A stretch of 64,000 nucleotides of DNA, from NCBI GenBank assembly GCA_009914755.4, contig CP068257.2, forward strand, positions 8,320,001-8,384,000, given 5' to 3'. This DNA is from the human T2T-CHM13v2.0 reference genome, Homo sapiens. Of this stretch, positions 27,646 through 41,186 are shown one piece after another. Below the pieces are notes generated by a model. It ran no database searches, was not told where the DNA came from, and worked only from the letters and a program-made list of their open reading frames with translations. The number at the start of each line of letters is the position of its first letter. The first letter of the stretch is position 1. A program made the position numbers and the translations under genes.

Positions 27646-30600
27646 AACTATACAGCAGTACTCTGAGAAACTTCCTTGCAATGTGTACACTGAACTCTCG
27701 CAGTTGAACATATCTTTGGATTGAACGGGTTTGAAAATATCTTTTTGTAGAACCTGGAAGTGGATATATGGAGCCCTTTGCGGCCTACAGTGTAAAAGGA
27801 AATATCTTCACAAAAAAACTACACAGAAGCATTCTGAGAAACTTCTTTGTGAAGGGTGCATTCATCTCACAGACTTCAACCTTTCTTTTGATTGACCAGT
27901 TTAGAAACTTTTTTTGTAGAATGTGCAAGTGGATATTTGGAACGCTTTGGGGACTATTGTGGAAAAGGAAATATCTTTACATAAAAACTACACAGAAGCA
28001 TTCTGAGAAGTTTCTTTGTGATGTGTGCATTCATCTTACAAAGTTGAAACTTTCTTTTGTTTGAGCAGTTTGGAGACACTCTTTTTGTAGAATCTGCCAG
28101 TGGATATTTGGAGCCGTTTGAGGCTTATGGTGGAAAAGGAAATATCTTCAGATAAACACTACACAGAATCATTCTGAAACACTGCTTTGTGAAGTGTGAA
28201 TCCATCTCACAGAGTTGAACCTTACTTTTGATTAAGCAGTTTTGAAACGCTCTTTTTGTGGAATGTGAAAGTGGATATTTGGAGTGCTTTGAGGTCTATG
28301 GTGGAAAAACTACAAAGAAGGATTCTGAGAAACTTCTTTGTGATGTGTGCATTCAACTCACAGATTTGAACATATCTGTGGATTGAGCAGCTTTGAAACT
28401 GCCTTTTTGTTCAATCTGCAATGGGATATTTTGAGCCCATTGCGGCCTATGTTGGAAAAGGAAATATCTTCAGATAAAAACTACACAGAAGCATTCTGAG
28501 AAACTTCTTTGTGATGTGTACATTCATCTCACAGAGTAGAACCTTTCTTTTGATTGAGCAGTTATGAAATACACTTTTTGTAGAATGTTCAAGTAGATAT
28601 TTGGAGGGCTTTGAGGCCTATTGTGGAAAAGTTAATATCTTCAAATAAAAACTACTCAGAATCATTCTGAGAAACTACTTTGTGATCTGCGAATTCATCT
28701 GAAAGACTTCAAAATTTATTTTGTTTGGACAGTATGGAAACTCTTTTTATAGAATCTGCAAGTGAATATTTGGAGAGATTTGAGGCCTATGGCAGAAATG
28801 GAAATATCTTTACATGAAAACTACACAAAAGCATTCTGTGAAACTTCTTTATGATGTGTGCATTCAACTCACAGAGCTAAACCTAACTTTTGATTGACCA
28901 GTTTTGAAACTCTCTTTTGTAGAATCTGCAAGGGGATATTTGGAGTGCTTTGAGGCCTACTGTGGAAAAGGGAATATCCTCACATAAAAACTACACAGAA
29001 GCATTATGAGAAGCTTCTTTGTGATGTGTGCATTCAACTCACAGAGTTGAATATTTCTTTTGATTGTGCAGCTTGGAAACACTGTTTTTGTAGAATCTGC
29101 AAATGGATATTTGGAGCACTATGTGGTCTATTGTGGAAAAGAAAATATCTTCACATAAAAACTTCACCGAAGCATTCTAAGAGACTTCTTTGTTATGTGT
29201 GTATTCAACTCACAGAGTTGAACCTATCTTTTGATACAGCAGTTTTGAAACTCTCTTTTTATAGAATCTGAAAATGGATATTTGGAGCCCTTTGCAGCTT
29301 ATGGTGTAAAAGGAAATATCCTCACATAAAAACTATGCAGAAGCATCCTGAGAAACTACTTTGTGATGTGCTCATTCATCTCACAGAGTTGAACTTTTCT
29401 TTTGATTGTGCAGTTTGGAAACACTCTTTTTGTAGAATCTGCAGGTGGATATTTGGAGGGTTTTGAGCCCTATGGTGGTAAAGGAAATGTCATCACATGA
29501 AAAATAAACAGAGGCATTCTGAGAAACTTCTTTGTGACTTGTGGATCCACCTCCCAGAGTTGAACCTATCGTTTGATTAAGAAGTTTTGAAACTCTATTT
29601 TGTAGAACCTGCAAGTGGATATTTGGAGCCATTTGCGGCCTATGGTGTAAAAGGAAATATCTTCACTTTAAAACTACACAGAAACATTCTGAGACACTTC
29701 TTTGTGACGTGTGCATTTATCTCACAGAGTTGAACCTTTCTTTTGATTGAGCAGTTTGGAAACACTCTTTTTGTAGAATCTTCAAGTGGATATTTGGAGT
29801 GCTTTAAGGCCTATTGTGAAAAAGGAAATATCTTCACATAAAAACTACACAGAAACATTCTGAGTAACTTCTTTGTGATGTGTGCATTCATCTGACAGAG
29901 TTGAACCTCTCTTTAGTTTGAAGAGTTTGGACTCTCTTTTTGTAGAATCTGCAATTTAATATTTGGAGCACTTTGAGGCCTACGGTGGAAAAGGAAATAT
30001 CTTCACATAAAAACTACACAAAACTATTATGAGAAACTTCTTTGTGGTGTGTGCATTCAACTCACAGGGTTGAACTTATCTTTTGGTTGACCAGTTTTGA
30101 AACTCTCTTTTTGTAGAATCTGCAAGTGGATATTAGGAAACCCTTGTGGCCTATGGTGGAAAAGGTAATATCTTCACATAAAAAGTACACAGAAGCATTC
30201 TGAGAAACTCTTTGTAATGTGAGCATTCATCTCACAGATTTGCACCTCTGTTTTGATTGAGCAGTTTCAATCTGCAAGTGTATATTTGGAGCGTTTTGTG
30301 GCTATGGTAGAAAAGGAAATATCTTCTCATAAAAAGTACACAGAAGCATTCTGAGAAACTTCTTTGTGATGTATTCATTCTACTCACAGATTTGAACCTA
30401 TTTTTTGATAGAGCGGTTTTGAAACTGTCTTTTTCAATAATCCGCAAGTGGATATTGGTAGCCCTATGCGGCCTAAAATGGAAAAGGAAATATCTTCACA
30501 AAAAAAACTACACAGAAGAATTTTGAGAAACTTCTTTGTGATGTGTGCATTCCTCTCAGAGTGTTGAACGTTTCTTTTGATTGCGCAGTTTGGAAACACT

Positions 30601-33600
30601 CTTTTTGCAGAATGTGCAAATTGCTATTTGTAGCACTTTGAGGCCTCTGGTGGAAAAGGAAATATCTTCACATAAAAAATACCCAGAAGCATTCTGAGAA
30701 ATTTCTCTGTGATCTGTGCATTCAACTCAGAGGGTTGAATCTATCTTTTGATTGAGCATTTTGAATCTCTCTTTCTGTGGAATCTGCAAGTGGATATTTG
30801 GAGCCCTTTGCGGCCTATGGTGGAAAAAGAAATATCATCACATAAAAACTACACAGAAGCATTCTGAGAAACTTTTTGTGATGTGTGCATTCATCTCACG
30901 GGGTTGAACCTATCTTTTCATTGAGCAGCTTTGAAACTCACCTTTTGAAGAATCTGGAATGGGTATTTGGAGGCCTTTGTGGCATATGGTGCAAAAGGAA
31001 ATATCTTCACATAAAAACTACACAGAAGCATTCTGAGAAACTTCTTTGTGATGTGTGCATTCAACTCACAGAGTTGAAGCTACCTTTGATTGATCAGTTT
31101 TGAATCTCTCTTTTTGTAGAAGCTGCAAGTGGATATTTGGAGCCCTTTGCAGCCTATAGTGGAAAAGGAAGTATCTTCACATAAAAACTACACAGAAGCA
31201 TTCTGAGAAACTTCTTGTTGTTGTGTGCATTCATCTCACACACTTGAACCTATCTTTTGATTGAGCAGTTTTGAAACTCTCTGTTGGTAGAATCTGAAAT
31301 TGGATATCTGGAGTACTTTGGTGCCTATTGTGGAAAAGGAAATATCTTCACAAAAAAACTACATGAAAACATTCTGAGAAACTTCTTTGTGATGTATGCA
31401 TTCATCTCACAGAGTTGAACCTTTCTGTCGATTCAGCAGTTTTCACATTCTTTTTGTAGAATCTGCAAGTGGATATTTGGAGCGCTTTGGGGCCTATTGT
31501 GGAAAAGGAAATATCTTCACAGAAAAATTACACAGAAGCATTCTGAGGAAGTTCTTTGTGATATGTACATTTATCTGACAGTGTTGGACATTTCTTTTGT
31601 TTGAGCAGTTTGGCATCACTCTTTTTGTAGAATCTGCAAGTGGATATTTGGAGAGTCTTGAAGCCTATGGTGTAAAAGTAAGTATCTTCACATAAAAACT
31701 ATACAGAAGCAGTCTGAGAAAATTCCTTGTGGTGTGTGCATTCTTCTCACAGAGTTGAACCCATGTTATGATTGAGCAGTTTTGAGACACTCTTTCTGTA
31801 GAAACTGCAAGTGGATATTTGGAGCGCTTTGAGGCCTGTTGAATAAAAGGAACTATCTTCATATAAAAACTACACAGAATCATTGTGAGAAACTAGTTTG
31901 TGATGAGTGCATTCATAACACAGAGTTGAACCTATCTTTTGATTCAGTAGTTTTGAATCTCTCTTTTTGTAGAATCTGCAGGTAGATATTTGGAGCCTTT
32001 TTCAACCTACTGTGGAAAAGGAAATATCTTGAAATAAAAACTACACGGAAGGCTTCTGAGAATGTTCTTTGTGATGTGTGCATTCATCTCACAGTGTTGA
32101 ACCTTTCTTTTGGTAGAGCAGTTTTGAAACACAGTTTTTGAAAAATCTGCAAGAGGATATTTTGAGCGCTTTGATGCCTACTGTGGAAAAGTAAATATTT
32201 TCACATAAAAACTACGCAGAGGCATTCTGAGTAACTCCTTTGTGATGTGTGCATTTATCTCACAGAGTTGAACCTTCTTTTTGATTGAGCAGATTTGAAA
32301 CACTCTTTCTGTTAATCTTCAAGTGGATATTTTGAGCACTTTGAGGACTATAGTGGAAAAGGAAATATCTTCACATAAAACTACACAGAAGCATTCTGAG
32401 AAACTTCTTTGTCATGTGAGCATTCAACACACAGAGTTGAACCTATCTTTTGAAAGAACAGTTTTGAATCGCTCTTTTTGTATAATCTGCAAAAGGATAT
32501 TTGAATACCTTGTGGTCTATGGAGGAAAAGGAAATATCTTCAAATAAATACTACACAGAAGCATTCTGAGAAACTACTTTGTGATGTGTGCATTCATCCC
32601 ACAGACTTGAAACTATCTTATGATTGAGCAGTTTTGAAACACTCTCTTTGTAGAATCTGAAAGTGGTTACTTGGGGCACTCTGGGTCCTAATGTGGAAAA
32701 CGAAATATCTTTACATAAAAACTACACAGAAGGATTCTGAGAAACTACTTTGTGATGTGTGCATTCATTTGACAGAGTTGAACCTTTCTTAAGATTGAGC
32801 AGTTTCTAAATACAGTATTTGTAGAATCTGCAAGTGGATATTTGGAGCCCTTTGAGCCCTACTGTGGAAAAACAAATATCTTCACATAAAAAACACAGAG
32901 GCATTCTGAGAAACTTCTTTGTGACGTGTGCACTCATCTCACAGTGTTGAAACTTTCTTTTGATTGAGGAGTTTTGAAACACTGTTTTTGTAGAATCTGC
33001 AGGAGGATATTTGGAGCACTTTGAGACCTATTGTGGAGAAGGAAATAATTTCACATAAAAACTACTCTGAAATATTCTGAGAAACTAATTTGTGATGAGT
33101 GCATTCATCACACAGATTTGAAATTTTCTTTTGATTGAGCAGTTTTGAAACACTCTTTTTGTGGAACCTGCAAGTGGATATTTGGAGGGATTTTAGGCCT
33201 ATTTTGGAAAAGGAAGTATCTTCACATAAAAACCACACGGAAGCATTCTGAGAAACTTCTTTGTGATGTGTGCATTCAACTCCAGAGCTGAACCTATCTT
33301 TTGATTGAACAGTTTTAAATTTCACTTTTTTTATTATCTGCAAGTGGACATATGGATCCGTTTGTGGCCTATGGTGCAAAAGAAAATATCTTCAAATAAA
33401 AACTACACAGAAACATCTGAGAAACTTCTTTGTGATGTGTGCATTCATCTCACAGGGTTGAACCTATCTTATCATTGAGCAGTTTTGAAACACTCTTTTT
33501 GTAGAATCTGCAAATGGCTATTTTGAGCCCTTTGTGGTCTATGGAGGAAAATAAAATATCTTCAAATAAAAACTACACAGAAGCATTCTCAGAAACTTCT

Positions 33601-36600
33601 AGGTGATGTGTGCATTCATCTCACAGAGTTGAACCTGTCTTTTCACTGAGCAGATTTCAGACACTCTTTTTGTAGAATCAGCAAGTGGATATTTGGTGGG
33701 CTTTGATGCTTTTTGGAAAGGAAATATCTTCACATAAATACTACACAGAAGCTTTCTGAGAAACTTCCTTGTGATATATGCATTCATCTCCCAGAGATAA
33801 AACTTTCTTTTGATTGAGCAGCTTTGAAGCACTCGTTTGTAGAATCTGCAAGTGGATATTTGGAGACCTTTGTGGCTTATGGTGGAAAGAGAAATACCTT
33901 CACATAAAAACTACACAGAAGCATTCTGAGAAACTTCTTTGTGATGTGTGTATTCAACTCACAGCCTTGAACCTATCTCTTGATTGAGCAGTTTTGGATC
34001 TCTCTTTTTCTAAAATCTGCAAGTGGATATTTGGAGCCCTTTGCGGTCCTTGGCGGCAAAGGAAATATCTTCAAATAAAAACTACACAGAAGCACTCTGA
34101 GAAACATCTTGATGATGTGTGCATTCAAATCACAGAGGTGAACTTATCTTATGATTGAGCAGTTTTGAAACACTCTCTTTGTAGAATCTGAAAGTGGATA
34201 CTTGGAGCACTTTGAGTGTTATTGGGGAAAAGGAAATATCTTCAAATAAAAACTAGACAGAAGCATTCTGAGAAACTTCTTTGTGATGTGTGCATTCATC
34301 TCTCACAGTTGAAACTTTCTTTTGATTGAGGAGTTTTGAAACACTCTTTTTGTAGAATCTGCAAGTGGATATTTGGAGCGCTTTGAGGCCTACTTTGGAA
34401 AAGCAATTATCTTTACTTAAAAACTACACAGAAGCATTCTGAGAAAATTTTTTGATGTGTGCGTTCATCTCACACAGTTGAAACATTCTTTTGATTGGGC
34501 AGTTTTGAAACACTCTTTCTGTAGAATCTGCAAGTGGATATTTTGAGCATTTTGAGGCCTATAGTGGAAAATGAAATATCTTCACATAAAAACTACACAG
34601 AATCATTCTGAGAAACATCTTTGTCATGAGAACATTCATCTCACAGAGTTGAACCTATCTTTTCAAAGAGCAGCTTTGAATCTCTCTTTTTGTAGAAACT
34701 GAAAGAAGATATTTGTAGTCCTTTGCAGCATATGGCGGAAAAGGAAATGTCTTCAAATAAATACTACACAGAACCATTCTGAGAAACTTCTTCGTGGTGT
34801 GTGCATTCATCCCACAGACTTGAAATTATCTTATGATTGAGCAGTTTTGAAACACTCTCTTTGTAGAATCTGAAAGTGGATACTTGGAGTGCTGTGGGTC
34901 CTATTGTGGAAAAGGAAATATCTTCACATAAAAACTACACAGAAGGATTCTGAGAAACTACTTTGTGCTGTGTACATTCATCTCACAGAGTTGAACCTTT
35001 CTTTTGATTGAGCAGTTTTGAAGCACTGTTTTTGTAGAATCTGCAAGTGGATACTTGGAGCGCTTTGAGGCCTACTGTGGAAAAGCAAATATCTTCACAT
35101 AAAAACTACACAGAGGCATTCTGAGAAATTTCTTTGTGATGTGTGCATTCATCTCACAGAGTTGAAATTTCTTTTGATTTAGCAGTTTTAAAACACTGTT
35201 TTTGTGGATCTGAAAGTGGATATTTGGAGCGCTTTGAGGCCTATTGTGGAAAAGGAAATAATTTCACATAAAAACTACTCTGAAACATTCTGAGAAACTA
35301 ATATGTGATGAGTGCATTCATCACACAGAGTTGAACCTTTCTTTTGACTGAGCAGTTTTAAAACACTCTTTTTGTAGAATCTGCAAGTGGATATTTGGAG
35401 GGCTTTGAGGTCTACTTTGGAAAAGGAAATACCTTCACATAAAAACTACACAGGAGCATTCTGAGAAACATCTTTGTGATCTGTGCATTCAACTCTCAGA
35501 GTTGAACCTATCTTTTGATTGAACGGTTTTGAATCTCACTTTTTTTATTATCTGCAAGTGGATATTTGGTGCCCTTTGCGGCGTACAGTGGAAAAGGAAA
35601 TATCTTCAAATAAAAACTCACAGAAGCATTCTGAGAAACTTCTATGTGATGTGTGCCTTAATATCACAGAGTTGAACCTATGTTATTATTGAGAAGTTTG
35701 GAAACACTATTTTTGCAGAATCTGCAAGTGGATATTTGGAGGGCTTTGAGGTCTACTTTGGAAAAGGAAATACCTTCACATAAAAACTACACAGGAGCAT
35801 TCTGAGAAACATCTTTGTGATCTGTGCATTCAACTCTCAGAGTTGAACCTATCTTTTGATTGAACGGTTTTGAATCTCACTTTTTTTATTATCTGCAAGT
35901 GGATATTTGGTGCCCTTTGCAGCATACAGTGGAAAAGGAAATATCTTCAAATAAAAACTCACGGAAGCATTCTGAGAAACTTCTATGTGATGTGTGCCTT
36001 AATATCACAGAGTTGAACCTATGTTATTATTGAGAAGTTTGGAAACACTATTTTTGTAGAATCTGCAAGTGGATATTTGGAGCACTTTGAGGCATATGGT
36101 GTAAAAGGAAATATCTTCACGTAAAAACTACACAGAAGCATTCTGAGAAACTTCCTGGTGATGTGGGCCTTCATCTCCCAGAGTTGAAACTTTCTTTTGA
36201 TTGAGCAGCTTAGAAACACTCTTTTTGTAGAATCTGCAAGTGGATATTTGGAGCCCTTTGTTTCTTATGGTGGTCAAGGAAATATCTTCCCATAGAAACT
36301 ACACAGAATCATTCTGAGAAACTTCATTGTGATGTGTGAATTCATCTCACAGAGTTGAACCTATATTATGGTTTAGCAGTTTTCAAACACTCTCTTAGAA
36401 GAATCTGCAAGTGGAACCATGGAACGATTTGAGGCATATTGTGGAAAAGGAAATATGTTCACATAAAAACTACACAAAAGCCTTCTGAGAAAGTTCTTTG
36501 TGATGTGTGCATTCAACTCACAGAGTCTAATCTGTCTTTTGATTGAGCAGTTTTGAAATACTGTTTTTGTAGAATCTGCAAGTGGATATTTGTTGGGCTT

Positions 36601-39600
36601 TGAGGCCTATTTTGGAAAAGGAAATATGCTCACATAAAAACTACACAGAAGCATTCTGAGAAACTTCTTTGTGACGTGTGCATTCAACTCAATGTCTTGA
36701 ACCTATCTTTTGATTGAGCAGTTTTGGATCTCTCTTTTTCTAGGATCTGCAAGTGGATATTTGGAGCCCTTTGCTGTGCATGGAGGCAAAGGAAACATCT
36801 TCAAATAAAAACTACACAGAAGCATTCTGAGAAACTTCTTTGTGATATGTGCATTCAACTCACAGAATTGAACTTATCTTTTGCTTGAGCCGTTTTGAAT
36901 GTCTCCTTTTGTAGAATCTGCAAGTGGATATTTGGAGCCCTTTGCAGCCAATTGAGAAAAAGGAAATATCTTTAAATAAAAACTACACAAAAGCATTCTG
37001 AGAAACTTCTTCGTGGTGTGTACATTCAACTCACAGAGTTGAACCTATCTTTTTATTGAGCAGTTTTGAATTTTGCTTTTTGTAGAATCTGCAAGTGGAT
37101 TTTTGAAGCCCTTTGCAGTCTATGGAGGAAAAGGAAATATCCTGAAATAAATACTACACAGAAGCATTCTGAGAAACTTCTTTGTGATGTGTCCATTCAT
37201 CTTATAGATTTGAACCTATCTTATGATTGAGCAGTTTTGAAACACTCTCTTTGTAGAATCTGCAAGTGGATACTTGGAGGGATTTCAAGCCTGTTGTGGA
37301 AAAGGAAATATCTTCACATAAAAACTGCACAGAAGCACTCTGAACAACTTCTTTGTGATGTGTGCATTCATCTCACAGAGATGAACCTTTCTTTTGATTG
37401 TGCAGTTTTGAAACACTTTTTTTGTAGAATCTGCTACTGGATGTTTGGAGCCCTTTGCAGCCTATATTGGAAAAGGAAATATCTTCAGATAGAAACTACA
37501 GAGAAACATTCTGAGAAACTTATTTGTGATGTGTGCATTCAACTCACAGAGTTGAACTTTTGTTTTGATTGAGAAGTTTTGAAACACTCTTTTTGTATAA
37601 ACTGCAAGTTGATATTTGGAGCCCTTTGCAGCATATGGTGAAACAGGAAATACCTTCACATAAAAACTACACAGCAGCATTCTGAGAAACTTCTCTGTGA
37701 TGTGTGCATTCATCTAACAGAGTTGAAACTTTCTTTTGTTTGAGCAGTTTTGAAACACTCCTTTTGTATAATCTGCAAGTGGATATTTGGAGCGCACTGA
37801 AGCCTGTTGTAGAAAAGGAAATATCTTCACATAAAAACTACACAGAATCATTCTGAGAAAATACTTTGTGATGTCTGCATTCAACTCAGAGAACTGAATG
37901 GATTTTTTGATTGAACAGTTTTGAAACTCTCTTTTTGTAGGATCTGGAAGTGGGTATGTGGAGCCGATTGTGTCCTATGGTGGAAAAGGAAATATGTTCA
38001 CATAAAACCTACACAGAAGCATTCTGAGAAACTTTGCTGTGATGTGTGCATTCATCTCAAATAGTTGAACATTTCTTTTGATTGAGCAGTTTGGAAACAC
38101 ACATTTTGTAGAATCTTCAAGTAGATATTTAGAGAGCTTTGAGGCCTCCAGTGGAAAAGGAATTATCTTCAATTAAAAACTACCCAGAAGGATTCTGAGA
38201 AACTTCTTTGTGATTTGTGCACTCATCTCACAGAGTTGAACATTTCTTATGATTGTGCAGTTTTGAAACCCTGTTTTTGTAGAATCAGCAAGTAGATATT
38301 TGGAGATATTTGAGGTCTATTGTGGAAAAGGAAATATCTTCACATAAACACTTCACAGAAGCATTCTGATAGACTCTTTTGTGATGCGTGCATTCAACTG
38401 ACAGAGTTGAACCTGTTTTCATTTAGCAGTTTTGAAACTTTCTTTTCGTAGAATCTGGAAGTGGGTATTTGAAGCCGTTTGTGTCCTATGGTGGAAAAGG
38501 AAATAACTTCACGTAAAAACTACACAGAAGCATTCTGAGAAACTTCTTTGTGATGGGTGCATTCTTCTCACAAGGTTGAAACTACGTTTTGATTGAGCAG
38601 TTTTGAATTTCTCTTTTTGTAGAATCTTAAAGGGAACATTTGGAGCCCTTTGCGGCCTATGGTGGAAAAGGAAATATCTTCCCATAAAAACTACACAGAA
38701 GCATTCTGAGAAAATTCTTTGTGATGTGTGCATTCATCTCACGGAGTTGAACCTTTCTTTTGATTGAGCAGATTGAAAAACTCTTTTTGAAGAATCTGCA
38801 AGTGGATATTTGGAGCCCTTTGCGGCCTATGGTGGAAAAGGAAGTATCTTCCCATAAAAACTACACAGAAGCATTCTGAGAAACTACATTGTGATGTGTG
38901 CATTCATCTCACAGAGTTGAGCCTATCTTTTCATTGAGCACTTTTGAATCTGTCCTTTTGTAGGACCTGCAAGTGTATATTTGGCGAACTCTGTGGCCTA
39001 TGGTGGAAAAGGAAATATCTTCCAAAAAAATACATAGAATCATTCTGAGAAAATTCTTTGTGATGTTAGCATTCATCTAACAGAGTTGAACATTTATTTT
39101 TATTGAGCAGTTAGGAAACACTTTTTTTGTAGAATCTGCAAATGGATATTCAGACCGCTTTGAGGCCTTTGGTGGAAAAGGAAATGTGTTCATTTAAAAA
39201 CCACACAGAAGCATTCTGAGAAACTTCTTTGTGATATGAGCATTCAAGTCACGTAGTTGAACAATTCTTTTGACAGAGGAGTTTTCAAACTTTCATTTTG
39301 TAGTATATGCAATTGGATATTTGGAGCACTTTGAGGCCTATTGAGGAAAAGGAAATAACTTTAAATAAAAACTACACAGAATCATTCTGATAAACTTCTT
39401 TGTGCTGTGTATATTCATCTCACAGGGTTGAAACTTTATTTTGATTGAGCAGATTTGAAACACTGGCTTTGTAGTATCTGCAAGTGGATATTTGGAGTGA
39501 TTTGAGGTCTATGGTGTAAAAGGAAATATCTTCACATAAAAACTACACAGAAGCGTTCTGAGAAACTTCTTTGTGATGTGTGCATTCAACTCACAGAGTT

Positions 39601-40663
39601 GAACTTATCTTTGGATTGAGCAGTTTTGAAACTTTCCTTTGTAGAATCTGCAAGTGGATATTTGGAGCCCGTTTTGGCTTGTGGTGTAAAAGGAAATATC
39701 TTCACATAAAAACTACACAGAAGCATTCTGAAAAATCTTCTTTGTGACGTGTGAATTCATCTCACAGTGTTGACCCTGTATTTTGATTGAGCAGTTTTAA
39801 ATCACTATTTTTGTAGAATCTGCAAGTGGATATTTGAAGCCGTTTGAGTCCTGTGTTGGACAAGGAAATATCTTCATATAAAAACTACACAGAAGCATTC
39901 TGAGAAACTTCCTTGTGATGTGTGCATTCATCTCACGGAGTTGAACTTTTCTTTTGATTCAGCTGTTTTGAAACACTTTTTTGGAGGATCTGCGAGTGGA
40001 CATTTGCAGCGATTTGAAGCCTATTTTGGAAAAGGAAATATCTTCACATGAAACCTACACAGAAGCATTCTGAAAAACTTTTTTGTGATGTGTGCATTCA
40101 TCTCACAGTGTTGAACCTTTCTTTTGATTGAGTACTTTTGGAACACTCTTTTTGCAGTTTCTGCAAGTGGAGATTTGGAGCGCTTTGAGGCCTATGGTGG
40201 ACAAGAAAATATATTCACATAAAATCTACACAGAAGCATTCTGAGAAACTTCTTTGCGAAGTGTGCATTCATCTTACAGAGTTTAACCTTTCTTTTGATT
40301 GAGAAATTTTGAAACACTCTTTTTGTAAAATCTGAAAGTGAATATTTGGATTGCTTTAAGTCCTATGGTGGAAAAGGAAATATCTTCACATAAAAACTAC
40401 ACAGAAGCATTCTGAGAAACTTCTTTGTAACATTTTCGTTCAACTCATTGTGGTGAAGATTTCTTTTAATTCAGCAGTTTTGAAACACACTTTTTGTAGA
40501 ATCTGCAAGTGAATATTTGGAGTGCTTTGAGGCCTATTGTGGAAAAGGAAATATCTTCATATAAAAACTACACAGAAGCACTCTGAGAAACTTGTCTGTG
40601 ATGAGTGCACTCAGCTCACAGAGTTGAAGGTATCTTTTGATTGAACAGTTTTGAAACTCTCTT
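27646..40663 (+). repeat. Alpha-satellite array in conventional orientation, family-A-like, with loose ~13-monomer periodicity in places.
   Basis: Satellite resumes immediately after the L1 tail as ctatacagcagtactctgagaaacttccttgcaatgtgtacactgaactc. 171-bp monomers run throughout. Confidence 0.94.
35398..36080 (+). repeat. Near-identical tandem duplication of a two-monomer (~340 bp) unit, two copies.
   Basis: The block ggctttgaggtctactttggaaaaggaaataccttcacataaaaactacacaggagc...ctcactttttttattatctgcaagtggatatttggtgccc...gtgccttaatatcacagagttgaacctatgttattattgagaagtttggaaacactattttt occurs twice back to back with only a few mismatches. Confidence 0.85.
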
Positions 40664-41186
40664 ATTTTTTTTTATTTTTTCTCCAGTTTTTTGTTTTGTT
40701 TATTATACTTTAAGTTTTAGAGTACATGGGCACAATATGTAGGTTAGTTACATATGTATACATGGGCCATGCTGGTGTGCTGCACCCATTAATTCATCAT
40801 TTAGCATTAAGTATATCTCCTAATGCTATTCCTGCACCTTCTGCCCACAACACAACAGTCCCCAGAGTGTGATATTCCCCTTGCTGTGTCCATGTTTTCT
40901 CATTGTTCAATTCCCACCTATGAGTGAGAAAATGGGGTTTTTGTTTTTTTGTCCTTGCGATAGTTTACTGAGAATGATGATTTCCAATTTCATCCATGTT
41001 CCTACAAAGGACATGAACTGATCAGTTTTTATGGCTGCATAGTATTCCATGGTGTATATGTGAAACATTTTCTTAATCCAGTCTACCACTGTTGGACATT
41101 TGGATTGCTTCCAAGTCTTTGCTACTGTGAATAGTGCCGCAATAAATATATGTCTGCATGTGTCTTTATAGCAGCATGATTTATAA
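40664..41186 (-). mobile_element. 5'-truncated LINE-1 3' end (C-terminal ORF2 codons plus 3'UTR plus poly-A) inserted in the minus orientation. The poly-A appears as attttttttttatttttt on the + strand.
   Basis: Track ORF 40907..41203 (-) translates to the L1 ORF2p C-terminus (...CYKDTCRHIFIAALFTVAKTWKQSKCP...MEYYAAIKTDQFMSFVGTWMKLEIIILSKLSQGQKNKNPIFSLIGGN). The reverse complement of the flanking text matches the L1 3'UTR (cctaatgctaaatgatgaattaatgggtgcagcacaccagcatggc). Forward-orientation satellite flanks both sides and continues in phase. Confidence 0.93.
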